From Candidatus Iainarchaeum sp. (GTDB taxonomy: Archaea > Iainarchaeota > Iainarchaeia > Iainarchaeales > JAAZKV01): DNA of 64,000 nt. Positions 44,409-56,212 of the stretch are shown here, piece by piece. How positions within the stretch are numbered: position 1 is the stretch's first letter; every line of letters begins with the position of its first letter. The stretch lies in assembly GCA_026397015.1 (NCBI GenBank), contig JAPLVR010000003.1, forward strand, positions 186,359 to 250,358. Direction: 5' to 3'. Both the position numbers and the translations under genes were made by a program. The notes under the pieces were generated by a model. It had not been told where the DNA came from. It worked only from the letters and a program-made list of their open reading frames with translations, and searched no databases.

Positions 44409-45596
44409 ATGATTGACTTGGAACTTGTTAGGAGAGGATTTGGCAACATAAAAAATTACGGGCTCAGGAGCGCGCTCACAATACTTGGAATAATTGTTGC
44501 TGTTGCGTTAATAGTTGCGCTGATTTCAATAAGCAACGGTTTTTCCGCGAGCATTGACAAGCAGTTCGAATCGTTCGGAACGAACACCCTTATAGTAATG
44601 CCGGGAAAGAGTTCCATGGAAGGAATGTTTGCAAAACTTCAGGAAGGAGACGGAGCCGTTATTGAAAAAGTTTCAAGGGTAAAACTCGCGGTTGAAATAT
44701 TTACCTCTTCCGTTGACGTAACTTTCAAAGGCGAAACAAAAAGAACGCCTGTTTACGGGGGATCGAGAAAAAACTTTTCAAATCTTGAATTCAATAATTT
44801 TATCACAATAGGGGAAGGAGCGCTCATACAAAAACAGAGCGGGCTGTTGGTCGGAGGGAAGTTTGCAACTGAAAAATTTGACAAAGAAATAACTCTCGGG
44901 TCGATGCTCCAACTGGGCGGAAAAGAATTCAATGTTGTCGGGATTCTCAAAACATCGCAAAATTTCACATCTTCGATGTTTTCAAGCGCAATACTGATGG
45001 ATTCTGATGAACTTAAGAAAATTCAACCGAGTATAGTGCCTTCAAGAATATTCGTGAAATTTGACGATACCGCAGATGTCGAAGAAATTAAAGACAAAAT
45101 TACAAAAAAACTGAAGGATGCGCATGGAAAAGAAGATTTCAGGATAGTTGATTCGAAACAGCTGGCCCAATCGGCGACTTCCGTACTTGGAACAATACAG
45201 GTGGTGGTGCTCGGAATCGCATTCATTTCCCTCCTTGTGGGTGCAATCGGTGTAATGAATTTAATGTTCATGAACGTAAGCAACAGAACAAAAGAAATAG
45301 GGACTATGAAAGCGATAGGCGCGACCAATTATCAGGTGATGGTAATTTTCCTGACGGAAGCAATGCTTATCGGCACAATAGGGGGGCTAATAGGGGCGAC
45401 AATCGGCATCGCGGTCGGAATTGCTTCGGAAGCGGTTGCAAATGCCGCCGGGTTCGAACTGATACCGGTAATGGGAATCGATTTGATTTTGTTTGCAATA
45501 TTTTTTGCCGGAATCATAGGGATACTTTCAGGCGTGCTGCCTGCAATAAGGGCTTCGCGGCTTGATCCTGTTGACGCAATAAGGCAAAGCAACTGA
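44409..45596 (+). CDS. ABC-transporter permease, FtsX/MacB-like (DUF214), paralog
   Basis: Same architecture as the upstream permease, with the MKAIGAT motif conserved. Confidence 0.75.
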   Translation: MIDLELVRRGFGNIKNYGLRSALTILGIIVAVALIVALISISNGFSASIDKQFESFGTNTLIVMPGKSSMEGMFAKLQEGDGAVIEKVSRVKLAVEIFTSSVDVTFKGETKRTPVYGGSRKNFSNLEFNNFITIGEGALIQKQSGLLVGGKFATEKFDKEITLGSMLQLGGKEFNVVGILKTSQNFTSSMFSSAILMDSDELKKIQPSIVPSRIFVKFDDTADVEEIKDKITKKLKDAHGKEDFRIVDSKQLAQSATSVLGTIQVVVLGIAFISLLVGAIGVMNLMFMNVSNRTKEIGTMKAIGATNYQVMVIFLTEAMLIGTIGGLIGATIGIAVGIASEAVANAAGFELIPVMGIDLILFAIFFAGIIGILSGVLPAIRASRLDPVDAIRQSN

Positions 45597-46050
45597 CACG
45601 CGAAACGAAATTGATCAATGGGCAATCGGGCTGAAAAAAATAAAAAATGTTTTACAGCGCGAGAATAATTCTTCTGATGTCGAGAAGCAGAGCCATTATT
45701 GAAACCATGAGCGCAATTTGAAGGTAAATAAAAATCTGGGATTTTGGGAGTCCTGCCTGAATTGAGATTGCACCAAACATTATGCCGCCCAAAAAAACAA
45801 GAACAATTTTTACGAGAGAATGATGAGAAGTCCTTTCCCCGTCGAGGAACGACGAATTATGGTGGACCAAGCGCTCAAGGCTTCGCTGTTTTAAGGAAAA
45901 TTTTTTTGAAAAGCCCCCGCTTTTTTGAACCATAAAATAATTACTCGCCTCTCCTATTTAAGCTTTTGTTTGCCAAAATTTAGCGCCGATTTTCAAAAAA
46001 TTTCTCGTGCCCTTCAGGTTTTTTAAATGTTTCCAGGCACTTTTTCTGCT

Positions 46051-46479
46051 ATGGGCATAACATATTTTTCTCTGCAGGGCGCAAATGAAAAAATACAAAA
46101 AATAAAGCCGATTATAGAAAGGATGCGCCAGCTTGTCGAGGAGCTTGATTTTCTTGATAACACAAAAATAGAACTAGAAAATGAGAGTACGGAAAGCCTT
46201 ATGCTCGAGGTTGCATTGAACAAAAGCTTCCACGAAAAAAATCTGGAATTGTATTCCCTGATAGAAAAGGTGATACGCGAAGGCTGCATAGTAAGGGACT
46301 TGCAAAGCATGGAAATCGATTTTTATTCAAAATTGGGGGAGCGAAATATTCTCCTGTGCTGGAAACGCGGAGAGGAAAAAGTACAGTGCTGGCACGAAAC
46401 ATTCGAGGATTGCTCGAAAAGGAAACCCGCCGTTTTAATCGAAAAAAATTACTTTGAGCAGCTCAAAAGGCTGCGGTAA
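46051..46479 (+). CDS. hypothetical protein (about 142 aa)
   Basis: ORF-track 46027..46479. The internal Met MGITYFSL is the likelier start. No motif recognised. Confidence 0.4.
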   Translation: MGITYFSLQGANEKIQKIKPIIERMRQLVEELDFLDNTKIELENESTESLMLEVALNKSFHEKNLELYSLIEKVIREGCIVRDLQSMEIDFYSKLGERNILLCWKRGEEKVQCWHETFEDCSKRKPAVLIEKNYFEQLKRLR

Positions 46480-46762
46480 ACCGATGTTTTTGCGGAGGCT
46501 GGAAAAGCTGCGTCCTCATAAAGACTTTTAAAGCTTTCTTAATTAGAATCTGTTTGAAAATAATTGCTTGGTAGCCATCGGCAGGTTAATTTTTTGGACG
46601 CGGGCTTTTATGGTTTTTAAAGGCCTAAGAAACGGAAGAGGGGCGGAGTTGCGTAATCATTGGGAAAATAACCTTTTATGGAAGTAAAAGCGCGTTATTT
46701 TTCCATTTAGCCTTTTTGCTGATGAATTGCTTGGCAGTTACAAGCGCGAGCCTGGTGATTGA

Positions 46763-46993
46763 TTGGACTTTGAAATCAAAGATCATTATTTGGTTCCTGA
46801 GCACGTCCTAATTAGGAAGGAAAAGGTCGAAGAGTTAATGGCCGGGCTAGGAATAAGAAAAGAATCTTTGCCGAGAATTTCGAAAGTTGATCCTGCAATA
46901 AAACTTTTAAAACCGAAAAAAGGCGACGTTGTAAAAATAATCCGCGATTCGATAACCGCCGGGCAGACGGTATACTACAGGATTGTGGAGTAA
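46763..46993 (+). CDS. rpoH: DNA-directed RNA polymerase subunit H (Rpo5)
   Basis: 76 aa. GDVVKIIRDSITAGQTVYYRIV matches the RpoH/Rpb5 C-terminal domain. It heads the rpo operon. Confidence 0.85.
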   Translation: MDFEIKDHYLVPEHVLIRKEKVEELMAGLGIRKESLPRISKVDPAIKLLKPKKGDVVKIIRDSITAGQTVYYRIVE

Positions 46994-47036
46994 AATTTTT
47001 TGATTTCGGAACGATGAAGGATTGTGAGGGGTTTTT

Positions 47037-48500
47037 GTGGGCTGGGAACTGATTGAATCTTACTTCAAGAACAAAAACATCGCACAGATGGAGATTGATT
47101 CATACAACCAGTTCATCGAAAAAAAGCTTGACAATATTGTGAAGGAAAACGCGCTGATTGTTCCGAAAATAGAAGAAGTAAAAGTAGAGCTTTCAAATAT
47201 CGAAATTCTGAAACCGAAAATTACTGAAGCGGATGGTTCGCCGCGCGAAGAGTTTACGCCGATGGAAGCGAGGCTGAGAAACAGGACTTATGCCGGACCG
47301 ATTTATTTGGAAATGAGGCTTTACAGAAGGGATGTGGAACAGGATGCGAGAAGGGCGTACATCGGCGACATACCCGTAATGCTGAAATCAAAACTTTGCT
47401 GGCTGGACGGAAAAAGCCCGGAAGAACTTACTGAAATGGGCGAGGACCCCAAAGATTTCGGCGGATACTTTATTGTGAACGGTTCTGAAAAGGCGTTAAT
47501 GACCCAGGAAGTTCTTGCATCCGACAGGGTATTAATTTCAGAAAGCGAAAAGGGGGTTGCCGCGGAAGTTATTTCAACGCGCGGAGCATTTAAAGGAAGA
47601 ACAAGGGTTACGAGAAGCCCTGAGGGAATAATTTATGTTTCATTCCCGACAAGCCCGAGAAAATTAATGATTGTCACGCTTTTCAAAGCGCTTGGATTAA
47701 AAACGAAGTCGGACGTCTTCGGCGCATTTCCGGAAGAAGTCGAAGTGGTAAACGATTTGTTATTGAACTGGGAAGAGTGCGAAATAAAGGATGAGGAGGA
47801 GGCGCTGGACAAAATCGGAAAATACGTTGCGCCCGGGCAGGTAATTGATTACAGGCTTAGAAGGGCAAGGGAAGTAATTGACGGCTTTTTGCTGCCTCAC
47901 ATAGGGCAGGAGGAACCGGCCAGATTGACGAAGGCATACTATCTGGCAATGATGGCAACAAAAGCGATTGAAAGAAGCTACGGTTTAAGGGGAGAGGACG
48001 ACAAGGACCATTACGCAAACAAGAGATTGGAGTTGAGCGGAAAACTGATGGAACACTTGTTCAGGTATTCATTCAAGTATTTTGTAAAGGATTTGAGATT
48101 CCAGATCGACAGGACTGTTACGAGAAGAAGAAAATTAAATATTTCAACAATAGTCAGACCGGGCGCGATGACGGAAAGAGTCAGGTTTGCGATGAGCACG
48201 GGAAACTGGATAGGGAGAAGCACGGGCGTGGCAAAATTCATGGACAGGGTAAATTATTTGAGCCCTCTTACTGACATAAGAAAAATAAAGAGCCAGCTGA
48301 GCAAAACAAGGGAACTTTACGAGGCAAGGGACGTTCACGGAACGCACTGGGGAAGATTGTGCCCGGTGGAAACGCCTGACGGTCCGCAATGCGGATTAGT
48401 AAAAAATCTCGGATTATTGGCGGAAGTTACGACCGAATCTGATGAGAAGCCGATTGAGGATTTCCTGCACAATCAGGGAGTAAAGCTGAAGAAATTGTAG
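47037..48500 (+). CDS. rpoB2: DNA-directed RNA polymerase subunit B'' (N-terminal part of split Rpo2)
   Basis: GTG start. Conserved Rpo2 N-terminal regions (…GYFIVNGSEKAL…, …ELYEARDVHGTHWGRLCPVETPDGPQCGLVKNL…). Confidence 0.9.
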   Translation: MGWELIESYFKNKNIAQMEIDSYNQFIEKKLDNIVKENALIVPKIEEVKVELSNIEILKPKITEADGSPREEFTPMEARLRNRTYAGPIYLEMRLYRRDVEQDARRAYIGDIPVMLKSKLCWLDGKSPEELTEMGEDPKDFGGYFIVNGSEKALMTQEVLASDRVLISESEKGVAAEVISTRGAFKGRTRVTRSPEGIIYVSFPTSPRKLMIVTLFKALGLKTKSDVFGAFPEEVEVVNDLLLNWEECEIKDEEEALDKIGKYVAPGQVIDYRLRRAREVIDGFLLPHIGQEEPARLTKAYYLAMMATKAIERSYGLRGEDDKDHYANKRLELSGKLMEHLFRYSFKYFVKDLRFQIDRTVTRRRKLNISTIVRPGAMTERVRFAMSTGNWIGRSTGVAKFMDRVNYLSPLTDIRKIKSQLSKTRELYEARDVHGTHWGRLCPVETPDGPQCGLVKNLGLLAEVTTESDEKPIEDFLHNQGVKLKKL

Positions 48501-48533
48501 TTTATATTTTTAAGTTTGAAACGGTGAAAAAAG

Positions 48534-50348
48534 ATGGCAAAATTTGCAAAGGTTTACATCAATGGAAGGCTGATAGGATTCCATGAAAACCCTGAAGAAC
48601 TTACTGAAAAAACAATCGAATCGAGAAGAGCGGGAAGGATTCCAAAAGAAGTCAATGTGGCATTCCACAAGGACACAAACGAAGTCTACATCAACTCCGA
48701 TGCGGGAAGATTGCAAAGGCCGGTAATTGTTGTAAAAAACGGGAAAAGCCTTTACACCGAAGAAATAAAAAAGAAGGTTGAAGACGGAAAGGCTTCCTTC
48801 AAACAGATTGTTGAAATGGGAATAATCGAATTTTTGGACGCGGAAGAAGAGGAAAATGCATTCATCGCGCAAGTGGACGAAGAACCTACAAAGGAACACA
48901 CTCATCAGGAAATTGACGGCGCAAGCGTATTGAGCATAATAACAAACCTCATACCTTACCTTGAGCATAACATGGCGGGAAAGGTTTTGCACGGTGCGAA
49001 AATGTTCAAACAGGCAATAGGAATGGGGGCAACAAACTACAATTTGAGACACGACACCGAAGGGTACACTCTTTACTATCCGCAAAAAAGCATTGTAAAA
49101 ACAAAAACGATGGACATACTGGAATTGGACAAAAGACCGTTAAACCAAAATTTTGTTGTCGCAATACTTCCATATTATGGGTACAATACGATGGATGCCG
49201 TTGTAATAAATCGCGGAGCGATTGAAAGGGGACTGGGCAGGGGCTCATATTACAGGAATTATGAAACGAATGAAAACAGGTATCCCGGCGGACAGAGGGA
49301 CAGATTCGAGGTTCCGACCGAAGACAAGGTTGAGTTTGTTGATGAAAAAGAATTCACAAAAATCGGGCAGGATGGATTAATACAATTGGAAGAGTTTGCC
49401 GGAGACCATGAAGTAATTATAGGAAAAACTTCGCCCCCAAGATTTTTGGAAGAAATGAGCGATTTCGGAGTCGACCAGGAAAAGAGAAGGGACAGCTCTG
49501 TAAGGGTAAAAAAAGGAAAGCCCGGCTACGTGGACACCATAATAATGACCGAAGGAGAAGACGGAAGCAGGCTTGTTAAATTGAAGGTAAGAACGCCGCT
49601 GATTCCAAGCGTTGGAGATAAGTTCTCTTCAAAACACGGGCAAAAAGGAATCGTTTCAATGATAGTTCCGGAAGAGGACATGCCTTTTACAATTGACGGG
49701 ATAAAACCTGATTTAATTTTGAACCCGCACTCAATCCCTTCAAGAATGACGATGGGGCATCTGCTTGAAATGCTTGCGGGAAAAGCGGGGTGCATGAGCG
49801 GCCAAATAATTGACGGAACGCCTTTTGCCTCAATGAAAAGAGAGGAACTTGAACAGATGCTTTTTGAAAGGGGATTCAGGTCGGACAACAATCAGATTTT
49901 GTATGACGGGATTACCGGAAAGAGATTAGAGGGCGCGGTATTTACCGGAGTAATTGCTTACAAAAAACTTTATCACGTCGTTGCACACAAATTGCAGGCG
50001 AGGGCACGCGGGCCTGTACAAGTGCTGACAAGGCAGCCGACGGAAGGAAAAGAAAAAGAGGGAGGGCTAAGATTCGGAGAGATGGAGGGAGAAACTCTTG
50101 TCGGGCACGGAGCGGCGATGCTGTTGCATGAAAAATTACTTGAGGATTCGGATAAGACGGTTGAATTGGTGTGCGAAAAATGCGGCGTTGTCGCAATAAA
50201 CGATGAAATAAGAAACAAGAGGTACTGCCCGTTATGCAAAGGTTCAAGCGTTTACCCTGTTGAGATGAGCTACGGCTTCAAGCTTTTGCTTGAAGAACTT
50301 AAGGCGCTGGGCATTTTGACTAAACTCAATCTGGCGGACAAGGTTTGA
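48534..50348 (+). CDS. rpoB1: DNA-directed RNA polymerase subunit B' (C-terminal part of split Rpo2)
   Basis: Conserved …GDKFSSKHGQKGI…, the GEMEGETLVGHGAAMLLHEKL anchor, and the C-terminal zinc ribbon CEKCGV...CPLCK. Confidence 0.9.
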   Translation: MAKFAKVYINGRLIGFHENPEELTEKTIESRRAGRIPKEVNVAFHKDTNEVYINSDAGRLQRPVIVVKNGKSLYTEEIKKKVEDGKASFKQIVEMGIIEFLDAEEEENAFIAQVDEEPTKEHTHQEIDGASVLSIITNLIPYLEHNMAGKVLHGAKMFKQAIGMGATNYNLRHDTEGYTLYYPQKSIVKTKTMDILELDKRPLNQNFVVAILPYYGYNTMDAVVINRGAIERGLGRGSYYRNYETNENRYPGGQRDRFEVPTEDKVEFVDEKEFTKIGQDGLIQLEEFAGDHEVIIGKTSPPRFLEEMSDFGVDQEKRRDSSVRVKKGKPGYVDTIIMTEGEDGSRLVKLKVRTPLIPSVGDKFSSKHGQKGIVSMIVPEEDMPFTIDGIKPDLILNPHSIPSRMTMGHLLEMLAGKAGCMSGQIIDGTPFASMKREELEQMLFERGFRSDNNQILYDGITGKRLEGAVFTGVIAYKKLYHVVAHKLQARARGPVQVLTRQPTEGKEKEGGLRFGEMEGETLVGHGAAMLLHEKLLEDSDKTVELVCEKCGVVAINDEIRNKRYCPLCKGSSVYPVEMSYGFKLLLEELKALGILTKLNLADKV

Positions 50349-50383
50349 TTTTGATTAATGTGAAGTGTGAACGGTGTTGAAAA

Positions 50384-52999
50384 ATGTTGATGAAAAAAAT
50401 CGGGAGCGTTGAATTCAATTTCCTGACCCCTGAACTGGTAAGGAAGATGAGCGCAATCGAAATAACAACGCCCGAAACTTACGATAAAGACGGATTCCCT
50501 ATGGAAGGCGGCCTGATGGACCCGCATCTCGGGGTAATAAATCCGGGCATAAGATGCAAGACATGCGGCCAGCAAATGAGGCAGTGCTCCGGCCACTTTG
50601 GGCATCTCGAACTTGAAAGGCCCATTGTTCATTCCGAATTCGGAAAAAAACTCGAACTTTTAATGCAAGCAACTTGCAAAGAATGCGGAAAAATACTTTT
50701 GCCGGATGACCAGATAGCAAAATTAAAGGAAATGTCAAGAGGCAGAACTGTAGATTACACAAAAAAAATAGTGCTCAAAACGAAGGACGTAAAAAAATGC
50801 CCTCACTGCAAAGGAGAGCATGGAAAAATGCTGCTGGACAAGCCAACGAACTTTTTCTACGACAAAGAAAGAATCTATCCGACACAGATAAGGGAATGGG
50901 TGGAAAAAATTACAAACGAAGACATCAAACTTTTCGGTTACAATCCGGAAAGAATAAGGCCGGAGTGGTTCATACCGACAGTGCTGCAGGTTCCGCCGAT
51001 TACGATAAGGCCGAGCATCACACTTGATTCCGGAATAAAGAGCGAAGATGACCTGACCCACAAATTGGTTGACATCATAAGAATTAATCTGAGGCTGAAG
51101 GACAACATCGAAGCCGGAGCGCCGCAATTAATCATTGAAGATTTGTGGGATTTGCTCCAATACCACGTGACAACTTACTTCGATAATAACACTGCAGGGG
51201 TTCCACCGGCAAAGCACAGAAGCGGAAGGCCGCTGAGAACGATTATTCAAAGGTTGAAGGGAAAGAAGGGAAGATTCAGGTATAACTTAACCGGAAAAAG
51301 GGTTAATCACGCGGCAAGATCAATTATTGTTCCGGACCCTTACATAGATATTTCAGAACTCGGAGTTCCCGAAGACGCGGCAAAGGAACTTACTGTTCCT
51401 GAATTTGTAACGGAGTGGAATCTTGCGAACGTGAAAACACAAATCAAGGAAAGCACCGCGCACGTTTACATAATAAGGCCGAACGGGACGAGAAGGAAAG
51501 TAACTGAAGAAAACAGGGAAGAAATTTTGAAGGAAGTTGACACGGGATACAGAATCGAAAGAAATTTGCAAGACGGGGACATAGTGCTGTTTAACAGGCA
51601 GCCTTCACTGCACAGGATTTCAATGCTCGGCCACAAGGCAAGAATCTTGCCGGGAAAAGTTTTCAGGCTCAATCCGATTGTTTGTGCACCGTACAACGCA
51701 GACTTTGACGGAGATGAAATGAATTGCCACGTTCCGCAGACCGAAGAAGGAAAAGTGGAGGCAAAAAGGCTGATGATGGTTAGGGACCACATTATTTCTC
51801 CGAGGTATGGCGCGCCGATAATTGCGCCGAAAGAAGATATTGTTTCCGGAGCATTTGCTTTAACGATTCCGCAGACAAAATTCACGAAAGAAGAAGCGAT
51901 GAGGCTGCTTTACAGCATGGGAGTAACGGAACTTCCAAAACCGGATTTGGGAAAAAATTATTCGGGCAGAATGATATTTTCGCACACGTTGCCGAAGGAT
52001 TTGAACCTTGAATACGATTCTTACACGCACAAGATTCTGAAGAAAGCCGGGATATGCGAAGAAGATTGTAAGGAAAACTGCAAACACGGCGCATATGTGA
52101 AAATCGTTGACGGAAAATTGGTGAGCGGAATAATTGATTCCGCGTCGCTGAGCGAAGGAAAAGGAATTATAATTGACACGATTGCAAGAAACTATCCGAG
52201 CGAAGTAATTGAAAAGTTCTACCACAATTTGGCGAGACTGACGAGCCACATTCTGACCGAAGAGGGAATGACTGCGAGCCTTGCGGAGTTTGACATCAGC
52301 GAAAATGCGAGGGCGATAAAGAAAAGAGTTTTAAGCGAAACGCTGAGAAAGGGCGAAGAACTCGTTGAGAAATACAAAAAAGAAACGCTTGAAATAATTC
52401 CGGGAAGAACGCTGGACGAAAGCTTTGAAATTTACATGATGAGGCTGGGCACGGAGGCAAAGGAAAAAGTTGAAATCGAAATAATGAAGGAAAAACTTGA
52501 TTATGTTTTGTGCGAAAAAGTAATATTTAACACAATCGCAATGATACTCGCAAAGTCAAGGGGAAGCGCAACTAACCTGATGAACATAGGCGGGTTCTGG
52601 GGACAGGCGTCCGTAAGGGAAGGAAGACCGAAAAAGGGCTTCGATAAAAGGCTTATCTCTTCAAATGAAAAGGGAGACGTTGGAATTCACGCAGGCGGTT
52701 TCATCGAGAGCAACTTCCTCGAAGGAATGACACCGAAAGAATACTTCTACCATTCGATGGGAGGAAGACAGGGAGAGGTTGATACAGGAGTATCGACAAA
52801 GGTTTCGGGTTACCTTTACAGAAGGCTTGCGAATTCGCTGAAAGATGTTCTGGCTGCGCCGGACGGAACTGTTAGGACTGCGGCAAACAACATAGTTCAA
52901 TACACATACGGAGAAGACGGGGTATTCCCGAAAAACACAAAGAGAGGAGTGGGCGTAGACGTAAAAGAAGAATACGCCAAAATGAAAAGCGGAAATTAA
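50384..52999 (+). CDS. rpoA1: DNA-directed RNA polymerase subunit A' (Rpo1N)
   Basis: Zinc motif CKTCGQQMRQCSGHFGHLEL and catalytic NADFDGDEMN. Confidence 0.9.
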   Translation: MLMKKIGSVEFNFLTPELVRKMSAIEITTPETYDKDGFPMEGGLMDPHLGVINPGIRCKTCGQQMRQCSGHFGHLELERPIVHSEFGKKLELLMQATCKECGKILLPDDQIAKLKEMSRGRTVDYTKKIVLKTKDVKKCPHCKGEHGKMLLDKPTNFFYDKERIYPTQIREWVEKITNEDIKLFGYNPERIRPEWFIPTVLQVPPITIRPSITLDSGIKSEDDLTHKLVDIIRINLRLKDNIEAGAPQLIIEDLWDLLQYHVTTYFDNNTAGVPPAKHRSGRPLRTIIQRLKGKKGRFRYNLTGKRVNHAARSIIVPDPYIDISELGVPEDAAKELTVPEFVTEWNLANVKTQIKESTAHVYIIRPNGTRRKVTEENREEILKEVDTGYRIERNLQDGDIVLFNRQPSLHRISMLGHKARILPGKVFRLNPIVCAPYNADFDGDEMNCHVPQTEEGKVEAKRLMMVRDHIISPRYGAPIIAPKEDIVSGAFALTIPQTKFTKEEAMRLLYSMGVTELPKPDLGKNYSGRMIFSHTLPKDLNLEYDSYTHKILKKAGICEEDCKENCKHGAYVKIVDGKLVSGIIDSASLSEGKGIIIDTIARNYPSEVIEKFYHNLARLTSHILTEEGMTASLAEFDISENARAIKKRVLSETLRKGEELVEKYKKETLEIIPGRTLDESFEIYMMRLGTEAKEKVEIEIMKEKLDYVLCEKVIFNTIAMILAKSRGSATNLMNIGGFWGQASVREGRPKKGFDKRLISSNEKGDVGIHAGGFIESNFLEGMTPKEYFYHSMGGRQGEVDTGVSTKVSGYLYRRLANSLKDVLAAPDGTVRTAANNIVQYTYGEDGVFPKNTKRGVGVDVKEEYAKMKSGN

Positions 53000-54502
<1,503 letters not shown>

Positions 54503-54509
54503 TTTTCAC

Positions 54510-54532
54510 CAGCCTTTTTCGCAAAAAGGCTG
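54510..54532 (+). terminator. palindromic hairpin element CAGCCTTTTT-CGC-AAAAAGGCTG
   Basis: 10-bp stem, 8 nt after the rpoA'' stop. Confidence 0.5.
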
Positions 54533-54681
54533 ATTTAAAAACGTTAATGAAAGGGATTGTATAGTAATTGTTTTGCCTTGGGAAGCGGAAAGCGCGGAGT
54601 AAGGCGGTTAAAGAGTTAACTGCTTTTAATCCAGTGCTCCTCGACCCAGGTTATTGGTGGGCGGACAGAAAGTGATTTATC

Positions 54682-54978
54682 GTGGAAATAAACAAGGAAA
54701 TCAGGCGTGCGGTTGACACCGGAAAGGTTTCATTCGGGCAGAGACAGTGCCTAAAAAACCTTGCGAGCGGAAAGGGCGAACTGGTAATAGTCAGCGAAAA
54801 TCTCCCGCGCAACGAAAAAGAAAAAGTAGAGCATATGGCAAAAATTGAAAATAAAAAATTCTACGTATTCAGCGGAAACGGGCTGACGCTCGGAAGCATC
54901 TGCGGAAAACCATTCGTAGTTTCGACAATGCTCGTGCTCGACGCTGGAAAAAGCAAGGTGCTTGAAGCCGTGCAGTAG
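54682..54978 (+). CDS. rpl30e: ribosomal protein L30e
   Basis: 98 aa, matching the L30e/L7Ae fold pattern. Its position between rpoA'' and nusA is canonical. Confidence 0.8.
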   Translation: MEINKEIRRAVDTGKVSFGQRQCLKNLASGKGELVIVSENLPRNEKEKVEHMAKIENKKFYVFSGNGLTLGSICGKPFVVSTMLVLDAGKSKVLEAVQ

Positions 54979-55002
54979 AAACAAAACAACATAAAAAAAG
55001 CA

Positions 55003-55407
55003 GTGGGAACAATGAAGCTTTCAATGGATGAAATTCGTTTGATGAACGCGCTTGAAAAAATTTCGGGGGCTAACGCAAAGGACTGCCTCGTTTCAGACGG
55101 CATGGTTTCGTTTCTTGTAAACGAAAGGGATGTCGGGAAGGCGATTGGAAAGAAAGCCTCCAATGCCAGGGCACTCGAAGAAAGCGTCAAAAAAAGAATT
55201 GAAATAATCGGCTTTCAGGAAAATCCTGAAGAGATGGTGAAAAAGGCGCTCGAAATAGAAACGATAGGGGCAAGAAAGGACTCTGAGAAAATTGTAATAA
55301 GATTGGATTCGATGAACAAAAGAAAATTGCTCAAAAAAAGCGCAAAGCTGAAGAGGGTAAGGGAATTCATAAAAAGAAATTTTAACTTGAATTTAACGGT
55401 AAATTAA
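55003..55407 (+). CDS. nusA: transcription termination/antitermination factor NusA (archaeal, KH domains only)
   Basis: Two KH-like segments (…VGKAIGKKASNARALE…), 134 aa, in the canonical position. Confidence 0.8.
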   Translation: MGTMKLSMDEIRLMNALEKISGANAKDCLVSDGMVSFLVNERDVGKAIGKKASNARALEESVKKRIEIIGFQENPEEMVKKALEIETIGARKDSEKIVIRLDSMNKRKLLKKSAKLKRVREFIKRNFNLNLTVN

Positions 55408-55468
55408 GATAGGTTAAAATAGTATTGTTACAAGAGAAATTATGAGGATAAGAGAGTAAAAATTACAA

Positions 55469-55909
55469 GTGATTTTAATGGGAAGAGGGGAGTTCGCAGC
55501 ACTGAGCCTCGAGAAAAAGAGGAAAAAGTGGAAGAGAAAGGACGGAAGGCATGCCAGAAAAATGAAGGCAAAGAACCGCGAATTTGACGACCTGCTGGAA
55601 GGAGCGCCGCAGGGAAGAGGAATCGTATTAGAAAAAAGAGGGGTAACGGCAAAGCAGCCCCACTCCGGAATAAGAAAATGCGTAAGGGTTCAGCTCATTA
55701 AAAACGGAAAACAGTTGACCGCATTGGCGCCAAGAGACGGGGCAATAAAATTTATTGACGAACATGACGAAGTAACTGTAAGCGGACTGGGGGGAGCGCA
55801 AGGCGGGCCTTCAGGAGACCTTTGGGGGGTAAAGTACAAAGTAACGCACGTGAACGGAATAAGCCTCGAAATGCTTAGGACAGGAAGAAAGGAGAAAGTA
55901 AAAAGGTAA
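55469..55909 (+). CDS. rps12: ribosomal protein uS12
   Basis: Conserved …[39 protein letters not shown]…. Confidence 0.85.
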   Translation: MILMGRGEFAALSLEKKRKKWKRKDGRHARKMKAKNREFDDLLEGAPQGRGIVLEKRGVTAKQPHSGIRKCVRVQLIKNGKQLTALAPRDGAIKFIDEHDEVTVSGLGGAQGGPSGDLWGVKYKVTHVNGISLEMLRTGRKEKVKR

Positions 55910-56197
55910 AAGCAAAAAAACTAAAAAAAATCAAAATGAAATTAAGATAAAAGTAAATTAAGAAGAGAAAAAGTAAAATAGAACAAGGTAAAAAAATTAA
56001 AATAAAAGTAAATTAAAAAAAGAAAAATTAAAATAGAATAAGGCAAAATAAAGTAAAAAAATTGAAACTTAAAAAAGGAAAAATAAAATAAGTCATAAAA
56101 AAACAAATCTGGAAAAAATGAAAAATAATAATTAAAAAAATAAAGCAAAAAAAAATGGAAAAAGCAAATCTGAAAAAAACATAATGAAAAATAATAC
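55910..56197 (+). repeat. A-rich low-complexity spacer (~290 bp, ~70% A, C-poor) with a ~56-nt internal tandem duplication
   Basis: Seen directly. The units ATAAAAGTAAATTAAGAAGAGAAAAAGTAAAATAGAACAAGGTAAAAAAATT (near 55947) and ATAAAAGTAAATTAAAAAAAGAAAAATTAAAATAGAATAAGGCAAAATAAAG (near 56003) are related. S12 and S7 are normally adjacent. Confidence 0.7.
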
Positions 56198-56212
56198 TTG
56201 GAATGTGGTAAT

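Noticed and set aside
45652-45933. 93-aa minus-strand ORF between the FtsX genes and the DUF gene
   Set aside because: No motif, weak start context, and it could equally be non-coding. Not listed as a feature.
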